Origin: Methanomicrobia archaeon
Lineage (GTDB): Archaea; Halobacteriota; Syntropharchaeia; Alkanophagales; Methanospirareceae
Assembly: GCA_016930255.1 (NCBI GenBank)
Contig: JAFGHB010000040.1
Coordinates: 5,187-69,186, forward strand
Length of the DNA stretch: 64,000 bases
Direction of reading: 5' to 3'
Shown: positions 40,803 to 50,600 of the stretch, in pieces
Layout: each line of letters starts with the position of its first letter
Position numbering within the stretch: the stretch's first letter is position 1
Made by a program: the position numbers and the translations under genes
Notes under the pieces: generated by a model
Databases searched by the model: none
Seen by the model: only the letters and a program-made list of their open reading frames with translations
What the model was told of the DNA's origin: nothing

Positions 40803-41576
40803 ATGGCAATCAAAGCGCTGGTTATCGACCTTGACGGCACGGTATATCAGGGGAAGACTCTTATTGCACACGCCAACGAGGCTCTTGAACTCCTCGCTAA
40901 ACAATACGAGATACTCTACCTCACCAATAACTCGACACGGTCACGGGCAGGGTTTACGCAAAAGTTAGCGAATTTCGGCATTTCGTGTACGAAACAGCAG
41001 CTCATCACCTCGGGGTTCGCGGCTGCGGAATACATTAAAGAGTACTATCCGTGCAGTCGCGTGTACGTAATCGGAGGAGACGGATTGAAACAGGAACTCA
41101 TCGAGCACGATATAACCGTTTGTGAGGACGCGTGCGATTGCGTGCTCGTCGGCCTTGATACGGGGTTCACCTATGCAAAGCTGAAGAAAGCACTGACGTT
41201 GCTCTTGAATGGCGCGCTCTTCGTTGCGACCAATACCGACCCGTTTTTGGTTACGAACGAGCGGGTTGTTCCCGGCGCGGGCTCGATCGTCGCGGCGGTA
41301 GAGACCGGAAGCGGAAAAAAACCGATCGTTATCGGCAAACCCAGCGCGTTTATTACTGACCTTATCGCCAGGCAATTGCAGGTGCAGCCACATGAAACAC
41401 TCATCGTGGGCGATAATCTCCAGACCGATATTCTCATGGGGATGAAGGGCGGCATGCAAACGGCGCTGGTCTTAACCGGGGCATCGAAACGGAGCGATAT
41501 CGAGAGATTACTCATACACCCGGATTATATCTTCGAGTCTATCGTCGATATCCCGAGAGGGCTCGCACAACGGTAG
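40803..41576 (+). CDS. HAD-superfamily class IIA hydrolase (NagD-like sugar phosphatase)
   Basis: MAIKALVIDLDGTVYQGKTLI…LTNNSTRS…GKPS…VGDNLQTDILMG… are class IIA HAD motifs I-IV. Confidence 0.8.
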   Translation: MAIKALVIDLDGTVYQGKTLIAHANEALELLAKQYEILYLTNNSTRSRAGFTQKLANFGISCTKQQLITSGFAAAEYIKEYYPCSRVYVIGGDGLKQELIEHDITVCEDACDCVLVGLDTGFTYAKLKKALTLLLNGALFVATNTDPFLVTNERVVPGAGSIVAAVETGSGKKPIVIGKPSAFITDLIARQLQVQPHETLIVGDNLQTDILMGMKGGMQTALVLTGASKRSDIERLLIHPDYIFESIVDIPRGLAQR

Positions 41577-41721
41577 GTAGTGCACTCCATAATTTATTCC
41601 TTTATCGGTATAGCACCCAAAACGCTCTTCGTCATGGCTTTCTCACGGTATCACGCCCTCGACAATAAGATGAAGCGAGAGAACCAAATTCTTTTAATCC
41701 CGGGGAAAGAATATAAAAGCG

Positions 41722-41913
41722 GTGATGACCATGGCTGATGAATCAGAACCGCAAACGATACGATTCAGGTATAAGTTGAGTAATTGGGAAATCGAAGTAG
41801 AAGGGGACGAGGAACTGATAAAGGAGGTAGTGGCAGAGATAAAGAAGAAAGAACTGCCACCGTATGGCAGTATGGAACCCAACCAAGTCGCGGCATCGGG
41901 ACTCTATTCGTAA
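41722..41913 (+). CDS. small acidic hypothetical protein
   Basis: 63-aa ORF (…ADESEPQTIRFRYKLSNWEIEVEGDEELIKEVVAEIKKK…). No family recognised; could be spurious. Confidence 0.25.
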   Translation: MMTMADESEPQTIRFRYKLSNWEIEVEGDEELIKEVVAEIKKKELPPYGSMEPNQVAASGLYS

Positions 41914-41961
41914 CTCGTGCTGATATGGGTTCATTCATGTCCCGCGTTCATGAATGGACTA

Positions 41962-42408
41962 TCAGAAAAACCGTGAACCTCGTTTATACACGCCGATCAA
42001 TTCCGCCTTGTCCACGATGTGGCCTTCCATGGCTGCTTCTACGGCGCTCTTGTTTACCCTGCCGCCTAACGCGAGTTCGGTGTCCAGCGCGTATAATTTG
42101 AAGAAGTACCGATGCTGCGTACCTGATGGTGGAGACGGGCCGCCGTAACCGATTTCGCCGAAATCATTCAGCCCTTGCTCGCCGGGCACGCTGTCCTCTT
42201 CGATCCGAGCAGTAACAGGAATATTGTACATAACCCAATGGACCCAGGTGCCTCGTGGTGCATCGGGGTCATCGACGATTAACGCCAGGCTCTTTGCCTC
42301 CGCCGGAATGTCCTCGATATCGAGTGCCGGGTTGACGTCCACGCCGTCGCACGTATATTTCTTTGGGATGCTCATACAGTTCTCAATTTCTGGACTCGTT
42401 ACTTTCAT
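41962..42408 (-). CDS. YbhB/YbcL-family PEBP (phosphatidylethanolamine-binding protein-like)
   Basis: Start set at MKVTSPEIENC… …LIVDDPDAPRGTWVHWVMYNIP…GYGGPSPPSGTQHRYFFKLYALD… are PEBP hallmarks. Confidence 0.8.
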   Translation of the reverse strand: MKVTSPEIENCMSIPKKYTCDGVDVNPALDIEDIPAEAKSLALIVDDPDAPRGTWVHWVMYNIPVTARIEEDSVPGEQGLNDFGEIGYGGPSPPSGTQHRYFFKLYALDTELALGGRVNKSAVEAAMEGHIVDKAELIGVYKRGSRFF

Positions 42409-43235
42409 AATCTCCCCTCCCGCAGTTGTATGATTCATCTTACCACAGTATAAAACATTCTGTTGCGTCCGGTGGTTTACCCTGCACCGACAAATACATT
42501 AACCGATTCTGCAACCGTGAAAAGCACCGCCCGGCTTAGCCTGACTTTTGGTTCTGAAACCTGCGTAAGGCCACACGAACGGGCAATTTCAACAGTGTTA
42601 TGAAAAGCAGAAGCGGAAACGTGCAGCGTGGGCTCGACGACAAGGAACATGCTTTTTAGGTCACATCTGTATCCTGCGGAGGGAGTGCGGAGCCAGGACA
42701 TTGATCAGTTTTTGGGCTGAAATGCGCGCATAGGACACATTCCGGAATCCCTATCCGCAAACGTTTCGCTCCCCTGATTGGCACACGTTCCCGTTCGCTC
42801 ATCGACTGGCGTATAAAATTTGCAGTCTTTACAGGTTGGCATTTTGATCACGTTCTAAAATAAAAGGGTATGGCACCTGAGGTTTTCTCAGTAGGAAGTA
42901 ATAACGGTGGACCATAAAAGCGTTTTCCTTTTCTGCTCGGCGCCCGCCCGCCGTACGTGCCAGTTCTTTTATTCGCACCTAAACCCCCCACGCATTACCG
43001 CTTTTGCGAGTGAATACAGCACGTCTCGCCACGGTTTAGGTCAGGTTCAGCTAAACCATGAGTCGGAAGTATAGGGCATAACAAAGAAGGGTTAGAAGTT
43101 AAAAAATCATAGAAATACACCCGCTTAGGTCAGTAAGTAACTACGTATCGCCATCCACCCTTTCAGCTCCTGCGCCGAGCACTACCCCCTTGCCATCAAT
43201 GCCCGGCGCAGCCGCTAAGAATATCATTAGTGTAC

Positions 43236-43253
43236 TCACTATTTAAATAGTGA
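43236..43253. repeat. 18-bp perfect palindrome TCACTATTTAAATAGTGA with central TTTAAATA (TATA-like)
   Basis: Read directly from the sequence. Lies inside the ORF-poor region. Confidence 0.6.
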
Positions 43254-43653
43254 ACGGACTAGACTGTAGCGTGATTCAAGCAATATTTCTCGGAAAAAAT
43301 CGCGCCCTGACGAGGAGGCCCGCGCAATAACTCAGGACCAGGCACACCCGTAACCGTAGCGATGAACGAATCGACGCGGCTTATCAATCATCTCATGATC
43401 GGAAATACGCGGGAATGCCGTGTAATCGAGCGAAACGCATTGTTCGGGCATCACGCACGCATCGATTATCTTCTCGTGGACTGCCATGAGAAAGCGAGCG
43501 AAGCGGTATATCACGAAGCAAAGAGGCGGTTTTACGCGTGGGTGAGGGGGCGCTCGTAACGAAGTAAAAACCCGATCATTATATAAAGGGGGAGGTGATA
43601 TTAGGTTCTCCGAGGAAGTTCATTCCAATTCACATCATATATTGAACTGAGCA

Positions 43654-44145
43654 ATGGAGGGTGGGAGGATGCCTAGTATGCGGCTTAAGGACATGTTGGA
43701 CGAGGTAATAATAAAGGAAGTGTATAAGAAAGTACCGTGTGACAGCGAATTGGTGTATACGTCGGCTTTAATACCTGATAAGGATATCGAACGAATGGAA
43801 AAGGATGAAAAATTCAAGAAGAAATATCTGAGAAAATTAGGTGTACGGTTTCGTAACCTGGGTTATAAAGACTTAAAAATACTCGATATCGATCCGTCAA
43901 CGCAGAGTTTAATAGTACGATATACCGGTTATTACACCGGCTGTCGCCAGTATCCGGAAGTTCACTTAAAAACGCTCTTGATCTTACACGATGCGATGGG
44001 ATGGGATATCCATGATCCCGAAGCTTTTGACAGGATTGTAGAGAAGGCACGAAGAGACCTGGGTAGGAAGAACGTCATGAAGAAGGAGGATCGCTTGTAT
44101 CGGTTCGCGAAGCTCTTTAAGAAAGCGATCGATGAGAAATTTTGA
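43654..44145 (+). CDS. hypothetical basic protein
   Basis: 163-aa ORF, Lys/Arg-rich (…KKYLRKLGVRFRNLGYKDLKILDIDPSTQSLIVRYTGYYTGCRQYPE…). No family recognised. AT-rich context. Confidence 0.4.
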   Translation: MEGGRMPSMRLKDMLDEVIIKEVYKKVPCDSELVYTSALIPDKDIERMEKDEKFKKKYLRKLGVRFRNLGYKDLKILDIDPSTQSLIVRYTGYYTGCRQYPEVHLKTLLILHDAMGWDIHDPEAFDRIVEKARRDLGRKNVMKKEDRLYRFAKLFKKAIDEKF

Positions 44146-44421
44146 GATTATTTTATAACTCTATATAAGCGAATGAACGTCTTATTCGTCCAGCAACTAA
44201 CTACCAGGCGGATTTGAAACGGTAAATATACGCATTCCTCTCGCTTTTCGCGCGCTCTGTTATGGTGAGAACGAATCCCTTTGATTAGAACGTATCGCCG
44301 CTAGTTGACCGTAACTTAAGACGCGAGTTTTCCCTCGTTCGGTATCTTTGTCGCACGCACCGTGCTGCAGTAAGTTTATCGTTTGAGAAACGTTTAAGTG
44401 CACTTCGGGCATACTACAAGT

Positions 44422-46017
44422 ATGCAAGAGCGAACGGTCTCGGAGGTGCTTGTGGATCAACTCGCGGCCTGGGGCGTGGAGTACGTTTTTGGACTGCCGG
44501 GCACGAGCTGCTTGGGTGTGGTGGATGCGATACGGAAGCATAAGAAGCTACGGTTTATCAAGGTGCGGCACGAGGAAGCGGCGGCCTTAATGGCCTCGGC
44601 GTACGCGAAGCTGACCGGCAAGGTAGGCGTGTGCCTGACGATCGCGGGACCGGGCGCGACGAATCTGATTACCGGCCTTTACGATGCAAAGATGGATCGT
44701 GCGCCAGTGTTAGCGCTTACGGGCCAGGTAAAGCGGCAGTACATCGGCCCCGGCGGTTTCCAGGAGATTGATCAGGACGTTCTTTTCAATTCCTTCTGTG
44801 TCTTTAACAAGACGATCAATTCGAAGGAGCAGACCGTTGAACTCGTAACCCTGGCGTTGAAGCACGCGTTAGTGGACCGCGGCGTTGCGCACCTCGCTAT
44901 ACCAAACGACGTGCAGAAGGAACCACTTGAAGCGGATATAGCGCCACTGAAAGGTAGGATACCTGAATTCAACATCGTTAATAGCGAACTCGTCGACCGC
45001 GCGGCGCGATTACTAAACGAAGCGGAGCAGCCCGTGATACTGGCGGGCTGGGGCGCGCGGGGGCACGGTTATAAACTCTTAAAGCTCGCAGAGCGATTGC
45101 AAGCGCCGATCATAACAACGTACCGTGCGAAAGGGGTGGTACCCGAGGATTACGAGCTCGCGCTTGGCGTGCTCGGCGATGTGGGCACGCCGATGGCACG
45201 CAAATTTGTCAATGCTGCTGATTTGCTTTTGGTCTTCGGCTCGTCGTTCTCGGAGAAGACGAATATCCCGCGAAAGCGAATCATTCAAGTGGACTTCGAT
45301 CCGATGAATCTCGCCAAGGAGTTCCCGATTGAAGCCCCGGTTCTGGGCGAGTGTGGCGTCGTCTTAGAGCAGTTACTGGCGAAGGTGCAGGAACGAGCGG
45401 CGAATCCTGGGCTATTAGAAGAAGTGAAGCGGGAGAAGGCGAACTGGTTCGCGCAGCTTGATCAGGAAGCGGATCCGAGGGCTGCACCGTTACGTGCGCC
45501 GTTTATCATGAAAGTGTTGCGCGAGACCATCGATCCGGCAGCGATAGTCACCATAGACGTGGGTGATAATAGCTTCTGGGTTGGCCGCAACATGGTGATG
45601 GCGCAGCAAACGCTGCTGATGTCCGGCTATCTGGCGACGATGGGCTTTGGACTGCCCGCAGCGATAGCGGCGAAGTTAGCGGCTCCTGACAAGCAGGTCG
45701 TGTGTATCACCGGGGACGGCGGCTTCGCGCAGGTAATGGGTGAGTTCATGACGGCGGTCGAACAGGACCTGAAGATTGTCGTGGTCATCCTGAACAACCG
45801 CGAGCTGGCCATGATCAGCCTGGAGCAGCGAGTGGAGGGCTATCCGAAGTTCGCAACGGAACTCGAGAATACGAACTTTGCCGATTACGCGATCTCGTGC
45901 GGTGGCTGTGGCTTCACGGTGCACGAGCCGATGGAGTTAAAAGCGGTCATGGAACACGTGCTACACGGAAGGAAGCCGGCGATTGTCGATATTGCAACCG
46001 ATCCGAAGCGATTTTAA
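44422..46017 (+). CDS. thiamine-pyrophosphate enzyme of the acetolactate synthase/pyruvate oxidase family
   Basis: Start at MQERTVSEVLVDQLAAWGVEYVFGLPG… …GPGATNLITGLYDAKMDRAPVLALTGQV… C-terminal TPP-binding …TGDGGFAQVMGEFMTAVE…VVVILNN…. Confidence 0.8.
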   Translation: MQERTVSEVLVDQLAAWGVEYVFGLPGTSCLGVVDAIRKHKKLRFIKVRHEEAAALMASAYAKLTGKVGVCLTIAGPGATNLITGLYDAKMDRAPVLALTGQVKRQYIGPGGFQEIDQDVLFNSFCVFNKTINSKEQTVELVTLALKHALVDRGVAHLAIPNDVQKEPLEADIAPLKGRIPEFNIVNSELVDRAARLLNEAEQPVILAGWGARGHGYKLLKLAERLQAPIITTYRAKGVVPEDYELALGVLGDVGTPMARKFVNAADLLLVFGSSFSEKTNIPRKRIIQVDFDPMNLAKEFPIEAPVLGECGVVLEQLLAKVQERAANPGLLEEVKREKANWFAQLDQEADPRAAPLRAPFIMKVLRETIDPAAIVTIDVGDNSFWVGRNMVMAQQTLLMSGYLATMGFGLPAAIAAKLAAPDKQVVCITGDGGFAQVMGEFMTAVEQDLKIVVVILNNRELAMISLEQRVEGYPKFATELENTNFADYAISCGGCGFTVHEPMELKAVMEHVLHGRKPAIVDIATDPKRF

Positions 46018-46033
46018 GTGAACCGAACGAACC

Positions 46034-46681
46034 ATGGGCGAAGAAGGGAACGACAGCCCTCTTTATACCCTGGAAGGGCGAAAGGTTGGTGAATACACCG
46101 TGCACGTGAAGGACGTAAGGAAAGGCGCATTCGCCGGTGTGTTCTCGTTCAGCCTGCTTGTGGACAGTCACGAAACAGTAAGCGGGCTGTACTACCTCGG
46201 CAGTACGTGGATAAGACCCTGGCTGGAGCTTGATTATTCGCCGGTATCAGGCGATGAGCTGGACGCAACAGGAGAAGTACTCTTTCAACTGCTTGCGGAG
46301 TTTATCCCACCGGGCGGGCACATCTCGGTAGCATACCGCGATCACAAAATCACCGCACGTGCGTTGCTGTCAGGCGTGTCGCCGGCGGCCACGCCAATCG
46401 GGTATTTGCTCTGGCGTTGCGGCTGCCGGTGGTTCAAAGATTGGTACTTCGCCGAGGGCTGGAAAGAGGGCGGGATCAAGCTACAGGGCGAGAAGCCGCT
46501 TGATGAAACACGCAAAAGGGAGAATACCGCTAAGATCATAGCAGAGTTAACGGAGTTTCTGGGGAAAGAGGGATATCTGGAGCCGGAGATCGAGAAGGTG
46601 TGCAAGGAGTTGGCGAGGAAGGTTGTGGAAGAGATCAGGATACAAATAAAATCCCCGATTGCTTCTTTTAGATTGATATAA
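46034..46681 (+). CDS. conserved archaeal hypothetical protein
   Basis: 215-aa ORF immediately downstream of the TPP enzyme. No confident family assignment. Confidence 0.5.
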   Translation: MGEEGNDSPLYTLEGRKVGEYTVHVKDVRKGAFAGVFSFSLLVDSHETVSGLYYLGSTWIRPWLELDYSPVSGDELDATGEVLFQLLAEFIPPGGHISVAYRDHKITARALLSGVSPAATPIGYLLWRCGCRWFKDWYFAEGWKEGGIKLQGEKPLDETRKRENTAKIIAELTEFLGKEGYLEPEIEKVCKELARKVVEEIRIQIKSPIASFRLI

Positions 46682-46687
46682 TCATTG

Positions 46688-46721
46688 CGGTGCTTCTCTG
46701 CAAACCATCATAGATAGGAAC
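46688..46721 (+). repeat. left copy of ~30-bp imperfect direct repeat flanking hicBA
   Basis: cggtgcttctctgcaaaccatCATagataggaac. The partner at 47552-47583 (cggtgcttctctgcaaaccat---agatagaaac) shares 21 identical bases followed by a 3-nt indel. Confidence 0.8.
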
Positions 46722-46840
46722 TTGAATGAAACTTGTATAATCTGTTAGAGGTGATGTATCAATAATGCCCCTCAAAACCTTATGCCTAACTTTAAAATCT
46801 GACCGCCCCGTAGAAGAAGCCGCCGCGAAATTAAGAGACT

Positions 46841-47056
46841 TTATTTAAGAAGTGTGATTAAATCATCTTTACTCAACCCGGTTTGATGCGGGATATCAAG
46901 TAACGTCCCTTTCGCGAGTTCGTTATGCAAGGGGACAACGGTTTTGAAAGTTTTCCCTGCAGTTACTTTTTGAAACGAGACGTGACTGCCCTTACGCCGA
47001 ACTTCGACAAACCCCGCTTTCTTCAGGACTCTGACAAGTTCCTTTCCTGAGACCAC
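46841..47056 (-). CDS. hicA: type II toxin HicA (mRNA interferase)
   Basis: MVSGKELVRVLKKAGFVEVRRKGSHVSFQK…TVVPLHNELAKGTLLDI…GLS… matches the HicA/YcfA consensus (GF..R.KGSH…VP.H..L..GTL). Confidence 0.85.
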   Translation of the reverse strand: MVSGKELVRVLKKAGFVEVRRKGSHVSFQKVTAGKTFKTVVPLHNELAKGTLLDIPHQTGLSKDDLITLLK

Positions 47057-47313
47057 GGGCAGTTTAAGGCATCCGCCGCTTCTGCCTCTACTTCTACTTT
47101 TACCTCTAACGGTGTCCAGTAAGGGGTAACAGATACGCCAGGCAGGTCTTCAAGCCCAAAACTCTCGATGTAAAGTTCGATAGCCTCTTTGAGATTCTTC
47201 TGTGCTTCCAAAAGGGATTCGCCTTGTGATGTCACGCCAAGTTCTGGACACCGTGCCACAAAGAATTTACCTTCCTGGATGATGGACACCAGAAATACCC
47301 GTTTGTTCTCCAT
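47023..47313 (-). CDS. hicB: type II antitoxin HicB (UPF0150-like)
   Basis: …FLVSIIQEGKFFVARCPELGVTSQGESLLEAQKNLKEAIELYIESF… matches the HicB N-domain. 34-nt overlap with hicA. Confidence 0.8.
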   Translation of the reverse strand: MENKRVFLVSIIQEGKFFVARCPELGVTSQGESLLEAQKNLKEAIELYIESFGLEDLPGVSVTPYWTPLEVKVEVEAEAADALNCPWSQERNLSES

Positions 47314-47551
47314 CCGTTATACCCTCTCCCCCCTCTAGGTTTACTTTTTTATCTTCTACTCGGACTTTGATTATGATTTAGTAGGTAGTATCTAGTATTT
47401 ATTTTTTCAGGTACTCCTATGCACCTCAAACCATTCGTTTGGCCCTGAAATCGGATAGACCGGTGAGAGCGAACGCGGCGAAGATCCAGGGCTTCTTCGC
47501 CACACGGTTCACGGAGTACGCATTACTGCACCAACACGTCGATGTGAACAA

Positions 47552-47583
47552 CGGTGCTTCTCTGCAAACCATAGATAGAAACC
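47552..47583 (+). repeat. right copy of direct repeat flanking hicBA
   Basis: See the 46688-46721 entry. Confidence 0.8.
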
Positions 47584-47652
47584 TGCCCTTTTCGCTGAGG
47601 ATATGAATGAGGTAAAGAAGGTGGAGGAGGTGTAAATGGACACAGATTATCT

Positions 47653-50600
47653 CTAAAACCTCTCCAAAAACTCCTCAATAACCTTTATATCCTCGTCGTT
47701 TAACCCGTACAGTTTATAAACAAGCTCGTTTATCTCCGCTTCGAGTTCCGTGACTGATGGCGACTTTGTTTGGGCTTTATCTTCCTCAAGCTCCTTCAAA
47801 ATCGCTTCGATAATCGCATCATTTTTGGGAACGAGAAGCTGCAGCTTTTCGTCTTTCTTTGCACGTTTTCCTTTTAGTGCCGCAACAACGTAATCTGCCT
47901 TCGGTTTTGAATCAACGAAAATGGCCGTTTCTTTTTTCCCGATTACGATGTTGTATCCACCACCCTCAACAGTTTTCTCTACAAAGGGTTCAAGCGTCTT
48001 GTGATTAGACTTGAAAGTGACGGATTTGGAGTCGAACTCTTCACCCCTGCTACGATAATCTTGAATGCAATCCTCAGGGAAGTTCTCGATTTTCTGCTCC
48101 AGCTTCACTAAATCTAAAATACGCTCGACTTTGTTCGTTATTTCGTCTGCAAGTTTTTGTTCTTCTGGAGTTTGTGGAAGTTTGATTGGAAGAGGTTCCA
48201 AATATTGTTTTTTATAACGGTAGTAATCTCCTGATACGGAAGGACTTATTTGCTTGTGGTAAAATTCTGTTAATTTCGAATTTAATAATCCCAATATGAA
48301 AGGGTAGTATTTTTTATATTCATTTTCTAAAATTATAACAAAACAAGTATCCATACAAAGCCAGCTTCCCGATTTGTCAAGACTAAATTTATTTCCAGTT
48401 GAAATATCCGGAGTGATAATTTTTTCTTCTAACATCTGAGGATTTGGATGCCAAAGTTCGTACCATCTTTTCCCAGTCTCCGAAATAGTCATTCTCCAAG
48501 ATTTCCTATTTTTGAGAATATCTTTATATTGCTCTAAATATCTCAAAACGTTTGGATATTCATCTAATTCTACAACTTCAAATGAATTATTTTCCTTTTT
48601 ATAAGGGTATATAATAAACGTATCAACTTTTGATGTGTCTCCAGTCCATATAAACCCCCATTTTTCAACATTTCTACCTCTAAGAATGGGATAAATAAGT
48701 TCTTCTTCAAGAGAGTGTTCTTTTATAAATTTTTTAGTAATAGGATTGATAAATACGTCATTGTTACCCGTAACGATGCCCTCATTAATCCTCTTGCTTA
48801 TGTCTACCAAATTTGAAGTGGAATCTTTTCGAATTTTCCCCACAACTTTTTGTTCTGGAGCAGATAAAAATTCCCAGGAATCTTTCAATCTTTCCTGCTT
48901 TATATCTAAAATTTCAATATAGTCATTTCTATATCCCTCTTTTGAGATATATATTCCGATGTAATCTAATATTTCATCTTTTGGTTTTAAAACATTAATA
49001 AATTTTAATGTATTCCCAGGTTCAAATTTATTTTTTACTATTATGACACTAGGATAATTTGTTGCGTCTTTAAAGACCCCTGTATCACCAAAATCTATCA
49101 ATGTTAGTATGGAATGATTGTTACAGATGAAGTCTCTTACCCTATTCCCATAGTGAGAATGAATAAACTTATTTGATGTAATAAATCCAAACTCTCCTTG
49201 TTGACTAAGCCAGTTGATTCCTCTTTCCATAAATGGAACAGCAAGATCAAACTTCCCTAACACGGTTTTATAGTTTTTTCTGAGGTAATCATTCATTTCC
49301 GTGGGCAAGCTCTGCACCCTCACATACGGGGGATTCCCCACCACGAAATCGTACTGCACGTAGTTTTTCAGAATCGCAGCAAGTATGATGTCCTCAAGGG
49401 ATTTAATCAGTTTACCATCGCCGAACGTGTCTTTAAGCTCCTTGAACTTCTGCAAGAAGTGCTTAGCGTACGGCGTGAAGAAAGATACCAAGCCATTCCA
49501 GTCTCTGTCCTTTAAATATCGCTTGAAATTACGCTCTAGCTCTTTTGTATCAACTTTGTACTTTTCTTGCCACGCAGCTTCTTTCACCGTGTCAAAAACC
49601 GCTTGGAGCGCTGCGAAATATTCCTCAACATTGGGCAAATCTGTTTTTGCAATGACCTCTTTGAAGTAAGGCATTTTTATCTTCAGGTCGCCACCCTCAA
49701 CGGGCAAGCCCGTGTCAATTGCAATAAAGTGGATACCTTTCGCAGACTCCTCAATAGTTACTTTCCTTGCCTCGCCCTTCGTCTCGTTAACCAGCGAATC
49801 CGTTCTGAAAATCGGCAGGCGATTCAGAACAAAATGGGGGTCCTCCTCCATCGCTTTCTTATACTTAGGAATCAGGACGAGCATGAACTGCATCTGCGCC
49901 ATAAACGTCGCGAACGGGTGAATATCAAAGCCGACGATGCAGTATTCGTTACAGAGCTCTTTTAAAATCTCCGACCACCCTTTTTCATCTGCGATTTGCT
50001 CAGACGCTTTGAGATAGCGCCGTAATACTTCGACCAGAAACGTCCCGGAGCCGCAGGCAGGATCTAACAGACGTTTACCAAAAACATTCCGTCCTTCGTA
50101 ACCAACTGCATCGAGTATGTACGTTACCACCTCTTGCGGCGTGTAAAACTCACCGAGTGCTTTCCTCGTCTCTTTATCGAAATAGCGCTGGTACAACGTG
50201 CCGAGTGGATCACCAATGATCTCCGAAAAGTCAAACTTGTAGAGTGTTAAAATGATCTCGGCAAGCGCCTCGCCAAAGTATCCTTTTTGCTTCTCATACC
50301 GGGGACTGAAAAGCGCATCTCCCGCGCTTATCTCTTTGTAACTGTCCTCCCACCAGTAGAAAATATCACCCTCGAAAACTGATTTAACCAGCTTCTGTTT
50401 CATGCTCTCAATGAGATTCTTCGTCGTTATCGCCCACGCCAGGAGCGTTATATCGCCCCGGTACGATGCCCGCTCAATTTCCGTCTTGATGAACCGGGAA
50501 AACTCGATATACGGCAGTTTATAATCCTCACACGCCTTCGCCAGAATCAACCGTGTGAATAAAGAATACGCACTTTCCAAGCAGAACATGAACTTGAAAA

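Noticed and set aside
42440-43650. Possible RNase P RNA, SRP RNA or CRISPR array in the ORF-poor region
   Set aside because: I did not find the conserved P4/CR-I-like RNase P stretches, the SRP domain IV motif or any spaced direct repeats by eye. Kept only as an unexplained region in the findings.
47023-47056. 34-nt overlap of hicB and hicA suggesting a mis-called start
   Set aside because: The HicA N-terminus MVSGKELVRVLKKAGF matches the family start exactly, and the HicB stop is fixed by sequence. The overlap is accepted as real.
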